From an uncultured Verrucomicrobiae bacterium (lineage in GTDB: Bacteria > Verrucomicrobiota > Verrucomicrobiia > Chthoniobacterales > JAFAMB01), in the NCBI GenBank assembly GCA_963837955.1, contig CAWIPH010000002.1, positions 224,001 through 288,000 of the forward strand: a DNA stretch of 64,000 nucleotides, in the 5' to 3' direction. The position numbers and the translations under genes are program-made. Below are positions 1-8,857 of the stretch, piece after piece. Each line of letters starts with the position of its first letter. Position 1 is the first letter of the stretch. The notes under the pieces are model-generated. The model had not been told where the DNA came from. It did not search any database and worked only from the letters and a program-made list of their open reading frames with translations.

Positions 1-1
1 C

Positions 2-205
2 GCGCCCGCGCAAACATTGTTGGCCGCGGGACTGGCATACGAAGCCCCATCACCTTATGCAAAGAGCAATCCGAAAGGTCTGCGCTCAAGGACGCGGAAA
101 TCCAATTATCCAGCCGAGCCAGACACGGCCATTGTGAAGCGCTATACCTTACCGGATTCCGATACAGACTCTGAACCAACACCTTCGCCTTCTGTTCACC
201 CCTGA
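2..205 (+). CDS. 3' end of an upstream hypothetical protein (partial, runs in from the window edge)
   Basis: Frame is open from position 2 to TGA at 203-205, ending 4 nt before leuD; Pro/Ser-rich tail; no family recognised. Confidence 0.4.
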   Translation, partial: APAQTLLAAGLAYEAPSPYAKSNPKGLRSRTRKSNYPAEPDTAIVKRYTLPDSDTDSEPTPSPSVHP

Positions 206-209
206 TTTT

Positions 210-752
210 ATGGCTAACCGATTAACTTCTTCGATCTTCGTTGTCGGCGATAATATCGACACCGATCAAATCATCCCCGCGCATTTCCTGACGCTGGTAC
301 CGACTATACCGGAAGAGTACGAAAAGCTCGGCTCGCACGCCATGGTCGGATTGCCGGACGAACTTTATCCGGCACGGTTTATACCTGAAAACGAAATGAA
401 AACGCCGTACCTCATCGTCATAGCCGGGAAAAATTTTGGCTGTGGAAGCTCGCGAGAACATGCACCTATCGCGTTGGGTGCGGCTGGAGTCGAAGTGGTG
501 GTCGCTGAATCGTATGCCCGAATCTTTTTCCGAAATAGTGTAGCAACTGGCGAACTGTACCCGTACGAATCGACCCAGCGTTTGATTGAGCGATGTCGAA
601 CAGGCGACACTGCTACGGTTGATTTCGATTCTGACACGCTAGAATTGAACGGAGAAATATTCACGCTCAAGCCGATGGGAGATGTGCGTCCGGTGATTGA
701 AGCGGGTGGCCTCTTCAACTACGCGCGAAAAACTGGCATGATACCGAGCTAA
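210..752 (+). CDS. leuD: 3-isopropylmalate dehydratase small subunit
   Basis: [10 protein letters not shown] and [14 protein letters not shown] motifs plus [11 protein letters not shown] of the aconitase swivel domain. Confidence 0.93.
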   Translation: MANRLTSSIFVVGDNIDTDQIIPAHFLTLVPTIPEEYEKLGSHAMVGLPDELYPARFIPENEMKTPYLIVIAGKNFGCGSSREHAPIALGAAGVEVVVAESYARIFFRNSVATGELYPYESTQRLIERCRTGDTATVDFDSDTLELNGEIFTLKPMGDVRPVIEAGGLFNYARKTGMIPS

Positions 753-760
753 TCGCCCAA

Positions 761-913
761 GGCAGGTAGGGCGTGTAGCTCGCGACCGCCGCAACGAGGA
801 CGTGATCGGACCCTGCCAGGCTAAGATCCCTTTTGGCGGCATGGCGTGCGACCTAGCGGAGGTTATGGTGCGTTGGTCGTTCGGTGGTCGGGGACTGACG
901 CGCCCTACTTGTC
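761..913. repeat. GTAG-type REP pair in inverted orientation (REPIN-like)
   Basis: Left arm ggcaGGTAGGGCGtgtagctcgcgaccgccgcaacga; right arm tcgttcggtggtcggggactgacgCGCCCTACttgtc is its imperfect reverse complement. Confidence 0.65.
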
Positions 914-956
914 AATCGGTCTCAAACGCGGTGGAGGGCCCGCCTTGCTTCTCCGA

Positions 957-1877
957 ATGAAATTCTCTGTCATCACTCCTTGTCTTAACCGCGCACCACT
1001 TATCGGTGCCACCATCGAAAGCGTTCTGGCCCAAGGTTACTCCGACTTTGAGCACTGGATAATTGACGCAGGATCGACCGACGGCACACTCGAGGTCCTA
1101 CGGCGGTATCAACATCTGCGAGTCGTCTCTGAATCGGATCGCGGAGTCTACGATGCCATCAATAAAGGGATTCGACTGGCTACCGGTGAAATCATCATTT
1201 TGTTGAACTCGGATGATTTGCTAGTCCCGGGGGCGCTTTCGCTGACCGCCGATATTTTTCGGAACGCGGTCGGAACGATGATTGTTTCTGCTGGTTGCCA
1301 GATCTTCCAGTGTGCCCCTGACGGAAGTGAAATAGAGATGCACCGGTACGACGACCCTCGCCGATACGCATTGTCGTTACGAAATGTGACGGTGGGAAAG
1401 CCGAACACTAACGCACGCTTCTTTCGCCGAAAGGTCTTTGATCAGATCGGCGATTTTGATCTTGCGTATCCGATTGCTGCTGATCGTGATTTTCTCATTC
1501 GGGCCGCTTTGCGTCAGATACCGGATGCTCCGATCGCGAAAGTGCTTTATCGATATCGGTGGCATGCTGGCTCCCTAACGATGAACGCTGGCAGCGACAG
1601 TTTGCTCTCGGGAATGGCAGATTGCCGCCGAATTATCGCGCGCTCGATCCAAAACTTTTCCCTAAATCGTGAACAGATGGCGTTTCTTAGTCAATGGGGC
1701 CGCGAGTGTCAGGCGACGGAAGTAATGATTTATGCGGTGCAAGGCCGGCTGCGCGAGGCGCTTTCAACCTGGATCGATGGGTTGCGGCAAAGTCCACAAT
1801 TCATCTTCACGTTTGTCCGCCTTGGGCTGCTGGCCGTCGGGCGCCGGCTTCGCACTTGGTGGCGGCGGCGGAACTAA
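957..1877 (+). CDS. Glycosyltransferase family 2
   Basis: MKFSVITPCLN...IIDAGSTDGT...GVYDAINKGI...LNSDD GT-A motifs; start moved to ATG 957. Confidence 0.92.
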   Translation: MKFSVITPCLNRAPLIGATIESVLAQGYSDFEHWIIDAGSTDGTLEVLRRYQHLRVVSESDRGVYDAINKGIRLATGEIIILLNSDDLLVPGALSLTADIFRNAVGTMIVSAGCQIFQCAPDGSEIEMHRYDDPRRYALSLRNVTVGKPNTNARFFRRKVFDQIGDFDLAYPIAADRDFLIRAALRQIPDAPIAKVLYRYRWHAGSLTMNAGSDSLLSGMADCRRIIARSIQNFSLNREQMAFLSQWGRECQATEVMIYAVQGRLREALSTWIDGLRQSPQFIFTFVRLGLLAVGRRLRTWWRRRN

Positions 1878-1892
1878 TGCACGCCTAATCCA

Positions 1893-3005
1893 ATGGAGCG
1901 ACGCATTCGGGTTCTTCATTTGATCGATAATTTAGACCTTGGTGGTGCGCAGACGGTCCTATTTAGCTGCCTCGCTTACGCCAACCCAAAATATGAAATC
2001 GTTTTGGCCAGTTTGCATGGCAATCGGAACACTCTCTTTTGGGAAAGAGCTCACGCTTTAAATCTGCCGGTGATAGCGCTCTCGCCTTACCGTTGGCTAC
2101 CGGTTTACCTTTTGACCTTGCCCTGGCTGCTTTGGCGGAAGCGCTTCGCTGTGGTTCAATGCCACCTATTCGCATCGAATTGGCTGGGTAAGCCGCTCGC
2201 GAAAATGTTTGGAGTCCCACTCGTGATCTCTCACGATCACGCCTACGACGATTTTCGATTTGATCGGCCCATCGTTCTGGCGCTGGACAGATGGGCCAAT
2301 CGTTTTGCCGATCGAATATTTGTGATTTCAGAGGCCTTATTGGAACGGTTGCGAACAGCCGAAAAGCTGCCGGCACCGAAACTGATCTTCATCCGAAATG
2401 GAGTGCCAAGTCCCGAGCGACAACCGCGGAAAGTTGCTGGTCCCGGCAAGGTTCTGGGGGCAGCCGGACGATTAGTCGATTGGAAGAGGTTCGACCGATT
2501 TTTGCGGCTGGCTCAGCAACTTACGCTGATCGATGAGGAATATCGATTTTTGATAGCGGGCGATGGTCCTCAGTTGGAGTCGCTCCGAACGTTAGCCGAT
2601 CGGCTAGGAATCGCTGAGAAGTTAATCTGGACGGGAGCACTTCCATCTTTGGTTCCGTTTTTCCACAAGATCGATCTCTTCGTATTAACTTCTGACTGGG
2701 AGGACCTGCCACTGGTCGTGCTCGAAGCCTTCTCCCATCGAGTCCCCGCCGCCATGGTTGGCATCAACGAGGCGCGAAGACGATTGAAACAAGAAGCCCT
2801 GATCCTGGATCCAACGGACGATGAACAGGCTTGGGCTAAGCAGATCCATGCTCTTCTAAATTCTCCTGAACGAATTGAGACCCTATCTTCGGAGGCCGCA
2901 CGCCTGGTGGAGAAGGAATTTTCGCCGATCGAGCAGATCCGTCGGATGGAAGCAGTGTACGATGAACTTCTCCGGCCTAAGGAGAATACGGAGTCTGGAA
3001 GCTAG
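1893..3005 (+). CDS. Glycosyltransferase family 4 (GT-B)
   Basis: RVLHLIDNLDLGGAQ N-terminus, AGRLVDWKRFD, LTSDWEDLPLVVLEA (Ex7E). Confidence 0.9.
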   Translation: MERRIRVLHLIDNLDLGGAQTVLFSCLAYANPKYEIVLASLHGNRNTLFWERAHALNLPVIALSPYRWLPVYLLTLPWLLWRKRFAVVQCHLFASNWLGKPLAKMFGVPLVISHDHAYDDFRFDRPIVLALDRWANRFADRIFVISEALLERLRTAEKLPAPKLIFIRNGVPSPERQPRKVAGPGKVLGAAGRLVDWKRFDRFLRLAQQLTLIDEEYRFLIAGDGPQLESLRTLADRLGIAEKLIWTGALPSLVPFFHKIDLFVLTSDWEDLPLVVLEAFSHRVPAAMVGINEARRRLKQEALILDPTDDEQAWAKQIHALLNSPERIETLSSEAARLVEKEFSPIEQIRRMEAVYDELLRPKENTESGS

Positions 3006-3033
3006 AATTTGGAATTTGGAATCTAGAATCAAG
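3003..3033. repeat. Heptamer tandem repeat (GGAATTT/AGAATCT variants)
   Basis: tagaatt tggaatt tggaatc tagaatc aagaa, beginning at the GT4 stop codon. Confidence 0.6.
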
Positions 3034-3049
3034 AACGCGTAAGAATTGG

Positions 3050-3436
3050 GCCTCGATTCCTCGGTGCAACTTGGATCGTTTCCGGGCGGCGCGAGCGCCG
3101 CGCCCTCCGACCGGTGGGCGTGCCAACTTCTTTCGGCCAGAACGACCCCTGAAAGCGGAGGGGCGTCGCTTGCGACGCCCGGGAACAACCCATGATAGAA
3201 TAGAGCCAGCGAATTCATCGACTCGATTCCTTGGTGATCCTTGGGCGATTCCCGGGCGTCCCACGGCCGCGCATACGCGTCAACATAAGAATGGTTTGCC
3301 TGCTCCATCGCCGGGAGGGCGCGCGTCCCCGCGCGCCGCGAAACCGATCTCTAACCTGGGGGAGGCAATTTAACCCTTGGTATACAAACGCGCTTGGGTC
3401 CGGCCACAACGGATCGCGGGGACGCGATCCCTCCGA
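3050..3436. repeat. Cluster of GGAG-type REP-like palindromes (4 units, alternating orientation)
   Basis: Units at ~3082-3110 (-), 3156-3184 (+), 3314-3340 (+) and 3410-3435 (-); each is GGAGGG followed by a GC-rich hairpin; homologous to 34833-35030. Confidence 0.75.
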
Positions 3437-3486
3437 CGCGTTGGGTGAAGCGAACGGCGAATCGCTAATCGCGGAACCGCTGACTG

Positions 3487-4173
3487 CTAACCTAGTCGAT
3501 GCTCCCTTGGAATCCTTCGGAGCTCTTGGCGATTTTGCAGGATCGTATTTTCTTCCAAGACACCGCCAAAGTGAGTCAGCGGATAAATCAACGAGTCTCG
3601 GCCGATTAAGGAACCGGGACTGATGGCCGAGTTGGATCCGATCTCGACGCGGTCGCCAATGATTGCGCCAAACTTGCGCAGACCTGTGGCGATGATTATT
3701 CCATCGTGTCGTAACGAGATCTCTTTCCGATCCAATCGAAAATTCGAGAGGATTACTCCAGCACCAAGATGAGCATTATGGCCGAGAATAGAATCACCGA
3801 CATAACTGAAATGGGGAATCTGCGCGCCGTTGAGAATTATGCAGTTTTTGAACTCGCAAGAATTGCCGAGAACAACTCCGTCTCCAACGATGACGTTCTC
3901 GCGAACGTAGCATCCCGATCGGATTTGGCATCTCTCACCGATCCAGGCTGGCCCTTTGATCGTCGCTCCAGGCTCGACCACCGTACCATTGCCAATAAAT
4001 ACCTGGTCACCGATGAACGAAGTTCCCAAGCGCGATCCGAAAAATCCCGGAGTCAATTTTGTCTGGAGGTAGCCGCCTATTTTTTTCAGCGGGTCCCAGG
4101 CATAAATTGCGCCTTCGAATAATGCGGTGTGCGCGCATTCGCGCAAATCCAAATACTCGCTCGGTGAGAGCAT
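3487..4173 (-). CDS. Hexapeptide-repeat (left-handed beta-helix) acyltransferase, GlmU C-terminal-like
   Basis: IKGPAWIGERCQIRSGCYVRENVIVG, PHFSYVGDSILG, LRKFGAIIGD; start at MLSPSEY (4173). Confidence 0.85.
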   Translation of the reverse strand: MLSPSEYLDLRECAHTALFEGAIYAWDPLKKIGGYLQTKLTPGFFGSRLGTSFIGDQVFIGNGTVVEPGATIKGPAWIGERCQIRSGCYVRENVIVGDGVVLGNSCEFKNCIILNGAQIPHFSYVGDSILGHNAHLGAGVILSNFRLDRKEISLRHDGIIIATGLRKFGAIIGDRVEIGSNSAISPGSLIGRDSLIYPLTHFGGVLEENTILQNRQELRRIPREHRLG

Positions 4174-4187
4174 AAGATGCCGGCCGC

Positions 4188-5594
4188 TTAGGAAGGTTTC
4201 TTGGTCAATTTTTGGCCATCCTTGGTGTCTTTCACAATCCACCCGAATTCCTCGATCTGTTTGCGAATAGCATCGCTGGCCGACCAATCTTTAGCAGCTC
4301 TGGCGGCCGCGCGGTTCTCGAGTAGGGCCAGAACTTCAGTACCGACATTCTCTTCTTCGCTCTGCAACTGAAGAATCGGATTAATCGATTCCCACCAGCG
4401 AAGAAGCGCCGCCACTTGTCCTGGCGCCAGCTCGTTGTTATCCATCGCCCGGTTTGTTGCGCGAATTTGTTCGAACAGTGCGGCCAGCGCGGCTGAAATA
4501 TTGAGATCGTCGTCGAGTGCGGCAAAAAAATCGTCGGATTGGGCTGGCGCGTAGTTTGAATCCGGTTCGCTTTTTCCGGCAAGCGCGCGCACCCGCTCAA
4601 TCCATTCATCAATGCGGAGAAGCGATTGGCGGGCTTCGATCAGTCCGTCGAAAGTGAAGTTCAATTGCAACCGGTAATTCACTCGGATCAGCGCATAACG
4701 CACCTCCCGCCCGGTGAATCCCTTATCGAGTAAATCCCGCAACGTGTAAAAGTTTCCCAGCGATTTGGACATCTTCTGGCCTTCGACCAAGAGATGGGCG
4801 CTATGAAGCCAGTAACGAGCGAACTGCAGACCGGTGCAGGATTCCGATTGGGCAATCTCGGCTTCGTGATGAGGGAAAATGTTATCGACGCCGCCACAGT
4901 GAATATCCATCTGGGGGCCGAGCAGGCGGGTGGCCATCGCGCTGCATTCGATGTGCCAGCCTGGTCGACCGCGACCCCAAGGACTTTCCCATCCGACGTC
5001 GCCATCCTGTTCGTCCCAGGCTTTCCAGAGCGCGAAATCGCCGATGCTCTCCTTCTCGTACTCATCGGTTCGAACTCGTCCAGAGGGCCTGAGTTCTTCC
5101 AGATTGAGGTGGGCCAGTCGACCGTAATCAGCAAATCGATTAATGCGGAAGTAAATCGAACGATCCTCGGCCTGATAGGCGATAATCGCGTGCGCGAGAA
5201 GCTCCCCGATCATCTCGATCATTTTGCTGATGTTGGCTGGCTCAGTCGCAGCGGGATATGAAGTTGCCGGTTTGATGCGCAACGTCGTGACATCGTCGTG
5301 AAAAGCGCTGATGAAACGAGCGGTAAACTTTGAAAGCGCTTCGCCAGCGGCTCGGCTGTCGCGGATCGTCTTGTCGTCAACGTCCGTTAGGTTCATCACC
5401 CGATTCACCCTAAAGCCGCGCGCCTCCAGATGACGCTGCAGCAGATCCTCGAATAGAAAGGTTCGAAGGTTGCCGATATGTGCATAAGAATAGACGGTCG
5501 GCCCGCAGGTGTACATCTTCACCTCTTTGCCGGTCGGATCTATCGGTTGGAACGGCTCAACCGACCGAGAATAGGTATTGTAGAACTGAAGCAT
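4188..5594 (-). CDS. cysS: Cysteine--tRNA ligase
   Basis: MYTCGPTVY, AHIGN, GRPGWHIECSAM, FPHHEAE, KMSKSLGN. Confidence 0.97.
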   Translation of the reverse strand: MLQFYNTYSRSVEPFQPIDPTGKEVKMYTCGPTVYSYAHIGNLRTFLFEDLLQRHLEARGFRVNRVMNLTDVDDKTIRDSRAAGEALSKFTARFISAFHDDVTTLRIKPATSYPAATEPANISKMIEMIGELLAHAIIAYQAEDRSIYFRINRFADYGRLAHLNLEELRPSGRVRTDEYEKESIGDFALWKAWDEQDGDVGWESPWGRGRPGWHIECSAMATRLLGPQMDIHCGGVDNIFPHHEAEIAQSESCTGLQFARYWLHSAHLLVEGQKMSKSLGNFYTLRDLLDKGFTGREVRYALIRVNYRLQLNFTFDGLIEARQSLLRIDEWIERVRALAGKSEPDSNYAPAQSDDFFAALDDDLNISAALAALFEQIRATNRAMDNNELAPGQVAALLRWWESINPILQLQSEEENVGTEVLALLENRAAARAAKDWSASDAIRKQIEEFGWIVKDTKDGQKLTKKPS

Positions 5595-5728
5595 CGCTGT
5601 GACGGAATGGCAAGCAATCATCGGAAGTCAGCTTCGAAGAAAGCACCGAGTATACCCTGGAACGACAGAGGACGCTATCAAGTTAGATAAGAAACGTGGT
5701 CTCTTCATTGAGACGATGTGCCAAACCG

Positions 5729-6244
5729 TCAAACGATCTGACCGGGTAGGTCCACTGGATAGCGCGGCTCAATCTTTTCCAGGCTGACCACAGCCAACGC
5801 GGCGATGCCTTCGCCGCGACCGACAAAACCGAGACCTTCGCTGGTTGTTGCCTTAATTCCAATTCGATCCACGGGAATCCCTAAGGTGCCGGAAAGTCGA
5901 GCCCGCATGGCGGAGATGTGTGGAGACAATTTTGGCTCTTCAACGATAACCGAGCAATCAATGTTCACGATGGCAAGATGTTTGGCCATGAGGATGATCT
6001 GCACCCGCTTCAGAATTTCCTGGCTGTCGATGCCTTTAATCGAAGGATCAGAATTCGGAAAATGATGGCCAATGTCTCGATCGCCCGCCGCGCCAAGAAG
6101 AGCATCCGAAATCGCGTGGGTGACGACATCGGCATCGGAGTGACCCTCAAGTCCACGCGAGTGCGGAATTTCGATTCCCCCCAAAATGAGGCGGCGCCCA
6201 GGTACTAGTCGGTGTACGTCGTAGCCAATTCCGCTGAGAAACAT
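5729..6244 (-). CDS. ispF: 2-C-methyl-D-erythritol 2,4-cyclodiphosphate synthase
   Basis: GIGYDVHRL, GHSDADV, DIGHHFP, KATTSEGLGFVGRGEG. Confidence 0.96.
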   Translation of the reverse strand: MFLSGIGYDVHRLVPGRRLILGGIEIPHSRGLEGHSDADVVTHAISDALLGAAGDRDIGHHFPNSDPSIKGIDSQEILKRVQIILMAKHLAIVNIDCSVIVEEPKLSPHISAMRARLSGTLGIPVDRIGIKATTSEGLGFVGRGEGIAALAVVSLEKIEPRYPVDLPGQIV

Positions 6245-6246
6245 GA

Positions 6247-7002
6247 TCAAGGTTCCGGTATCTGCAGGTCCAGTTGACCATTCCAGGCGGTCACGGACAA
6301 TTTATTTTCTTCGATGACGCTTGGTCCCACCAACATTTTCCCCCCAGCAGCCTCAACCAGTAGCCAGCCGGCCGCAATATCCCACAGATTAACGCTGCGC
6401 TCGATGTAAGCGTCGAAGCGGCCGGTGGCAACGTAAGCCAGATCCAACGCTGCACTGCCCATCATCCGGCACTTTCTGGCTCGGCCGATCATTGTATTAA
6501 ACGTCTTTAAACCTGCCTCAATCGCCAGAGGGCTTTTAGATAAACCGATCGAGATCACGCTTTCGCTCAAAGACTTTCGCGGGCTCACCCTGATTGGTCG
6601 ATCGTTCAGAAATGCTGGCTCGCCTCGCGACGCGTGCCAGAGTTCATCTTTGATTGGATCGAAAATCGTACCGGCGATCAACGTCTCACGCTGACGAAGC
6701 GCGATTGAGATGCAAAAGTGAGGAATCCCGTAGAAGAAATTCACTGTGCCGTCGATCGGATCGATGATCCATTGGTATTCGGCTTCTGCACTGCCCGAGG
6801 ATCCTTCCTCACCAATCACACCGTGATCCGGGAATTGTTTGAGCAGCATCGTGGTGATGAGTTCCTGAGCGCTGACATCGAGCTCGAGCTTGAGGTCGTG
6901 CGCCTCTTCCACATTGACTGTAAGCGATGTTCCGAGGTTACTGCGGATCAAGTCGCCCGCTGCGCGGGCTGATTCAATAGCGGCGTTGAGGTAAGCATTC
7001 AT
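6247..7002 (-). CDS. suhB: Inositol monophosphatase family protein
   Basis: GEE, WIIDPIDGTVNF, GSAALDLAYVA, WDIAAG. Confidence 0.9.
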   Translation of the reverse strand: MNAYLNAAIESARAAGDLIRSNLGTSLTVNVEEAHDLKLELDVSAQELITTMLLKQFPDHGVIGEEGSSGSAEAEYQWIIDPIDGTVNFFYGIPHFCISIALRQRETLIAGTIFDPIKDELWHASRGEPAFLNDRPIRVSPRKSLSESVISIGLSKSPLAIEAGLKTFNTMIGRARKCRMMGSAALDLAYVATGRFDAYIERSVNLWDIAAGWLLVEAAGGKMLVGPSVIEENKLSVTAWNGQLDLQIPEP

Positions 7003-7312
7003 ATATTTTCCGGATGCAGCGGCGAGCGAAAATCAAACATGGACAGACTTGCGTGCGCAGCTCAGGTTGTCTGCAGTTTCGATCGCCTGCAGTACCACAA
7101 AAAGTGGACAGAAGAAATCCGCGATGCGAATTTAAAAAATGAAAATCGTTGTTCGATGAGTAAAAATAATTCTCGAAAAACATTTTCTGTTGTGTTGAAA
7201 ATTCAATGTTGTCACAGTTTCTGATTGACGCTGCGTCGAATGTTCGTTAGTCAAGCCAATTGTGATTTGTGTTTTATCCTCCGCAACTGCGGAATGAAAG
7301 GGGGGATAACTA

Positions 7313-7444
7313 ATGCCAGCCAAGAAAGCTCCGGCGAAGAAGGCTACGACTAAAAAGGCACCCGTAAAAAAGGCTCCTGCGAAGAAAGTCGCGAAGAAGG
7401 CTCCTGCAAAGAAGAAGCCTGCCGCCAAGAAGGTCGTTAAATAA
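7313..7444 (+). CDS. 43-aa Lys/Ala/Pro-rich histone H1-like (PAKK repeat) basic peptide; below the ORF-track cutoff
   Basis: ATG at 7313 after GAAAGGGGGGA; translates MPAKKAPAKKATTKKAPVKKAPAKKVAKKAPAKKKPAAKKVVK; third codon positions vary between repeats; followed by a strong terminator. Confidence 0.85.
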   Translation: MPAKKAPAKKATTKKAPVKKAPAKKVAKKAPAKKKPAAKKVVK

Positions 7445-7463
7445 TCCTTCCTCATTTAGTGTG

Positions 7464-7499
7464 AATAGGAGGAGATTCATTATCTCCTCCTATTTTTTT
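7464..7499 (+). terminator. Intrinsic terminator
   Basis: 13-bp stem AATAGGAGGAGAT/ATCTCCTCCTATT, 5-nt loop, T-run. Confidence 0.85.
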
Positions 7500-7626
7500 C
7501 TTTCGCAGACTCGGTTTTCATTCGCGAGATGAAATCGTCCTGGTGGTCGTACTTGTTTTCGCGCTCGCATGGAGACACGTCCCGCACGGTTTGCAAACGT
7601 AGCCAATGTTCGCCAAGCGGTCTTCT

Positions 7627-7959
7627 GGCCGCGCATGCGCTCAACGTGAGAGGAAGAGATATATGTGCCGAGAGGAGTCGTCCCGGAGGGACTAATGAAA
7701 GTAGCCCAGTACGAAGTGCTGGGGTGGCGTTCAAAAAAAACGACCCGTCCCGGATGGGACGATCGACGGCTACTTACGCTGGTGAAGCCGCATACGAGAG
7801 GACCAGGAGCCAAAACACTTCGATCGTCCCTGCCGGGACGGACGTCTCTCTGTGCATTATTTCCCAGCACTTCGTACTGGGCTACTTTCATTGAGTCCCT
7901 CCGGGACGACTCCTCTCGGCACATATCTCTTCCTCTTATGTTGGCGCGCATGCGCGGTC
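7627..7959. repeat. ~330-bp nested palindromic element (REPIN/MITE-like)
   Basis: ~95-bp near-perfect inverted arms containing GTCCCGGAGGGAC and GTAGCCCAG..CTGGG, with inner CGTCCCGGATGGGACGATCG / CGATCGTCCC arms; the core recurs at 56733-56970. Confidence 0.85.
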
Positions 7960-8239
7960 GCGGCACCGATCGTTTTCGTCTAGTCGCAGGACGCTGTTGC
8001 CACAAACGGGTTTGGATCGCTCGATATTGTTCGGTGAGGACACCGGTGGCGTCTGCGGCTTGTGGTCGGGTACGCCAAGTACTTTCGCAGCGATTCTCTC
8101 ACAACAGCGAAACAAGGAGCGTGACAGGACAGTCGCTGCTACCGGTCTCGTCAGAATCGCGTTTTCGATTTTCGTTTTTCATTCTTGATGCTGTAACCCG
8201 GCAGACTTCTGATCGAGGACGACCACTAGAACGATTCTG

Positions 8240-8773
8240 TTAACTTTTGCGGTACTCGAGAGTCTTGGCGACAATCTCTTCTACTGGCCACAATCGGCCG
8301 ATGCCTTCGTAGCCGCAGGCCAGCATGCCTTCTTCCGGACCGATAAAGTCGACACCACGATTGCGAAGAACGGTCACGTTACTTTGCGTGGCCGGGTGCA
8401 GCCACATCTTGCCGTTCATTGCTGGCGCTATCAGGATCGGCGCCTGCGTCGCGAGCGCGATCGCGGTTAGGGCGTCATCGGCCAAACCAAGCGCCAACTT
8501 GGCGATAATGTCTGCGGTTGCGGGCGCGACCAACAGCAAGTCGGCACGATCCGCCAGATCAATATGACCGGGCTGCCAGTCGGCATTTTCAGCGAAGAGA
8601 TCAGTCGTTACCGGATTGCGAGAGAGTGTCTGTAGGGTGAGGGGTGTAATGAATTGGGCCGCTCCCTTCGTCAAAACCACGTGAATGTCGCACCCTTCCT
8701 TCCGAAGTTTGCTGGCAATGTCTGCTGATCGATATGCCGCGATCGACGCGGTAACTCCAAGCACGATATTCAT
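8240..8773 (-). CDS. coaC: Phosphopantothenoylcysteine decarboxylase (stand-alone CoaC flavoprotein domain)
   Basis: GVTASIAAY, HIDLAD, APATAD, PAMN, GMLACG..GIGRL. Confidence 0.9.
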   Translation of the reverse strand: MNIVLGVTASIAAYRSADIASKLRKEGCDIHVVLTKGAAQFITPLTLQTLSRNPVTTDLFAENADWQPGHIDLADRADLLLVAPATADIIAKLALGLADDALTAIALATQAPILIAPAMNGKMWLHPATQSNVTVLRNRGVDFIGPEEGMLACGYEGIGRLWPVEEIVAKTLEYRKS

Positions 8774-8857
8774 GAGTCGGTTCCTGAGTTGGGGTACAAC
8801 AAACGTTGGGACTTCACCTGGCTATCAGAGAGTCGCCGAAGACGCATCATGCCTACC

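Noticed and set aside
7132..7455. 107-aa minus-strand ORF rich in F/A/G
   Set aside because: Antisense shadow of the Lys/Ala/Pro peptide; the RBS and terminator support the + strand gene
7627..7959. Possible CRISPR array
   Set aside because: The repeats are inverted and nested, not direct repeats with regular unique spacers; no cas genes in the window
7480..8243. Several 60-190-aa ORFs on both strands (also 56612-57128 and 2883-3623)
   Set aside because: They run through palindromic repeat elements, have no family motifs, and appear on both strands because of the symmetry
8774..8857. Expected gmk/rpoZ between yicC and coaC, and coaB after coaC
   Set aside because: The gap is only 84 nt with no remnant; simple rearrangement, and split coaB/coaC is known
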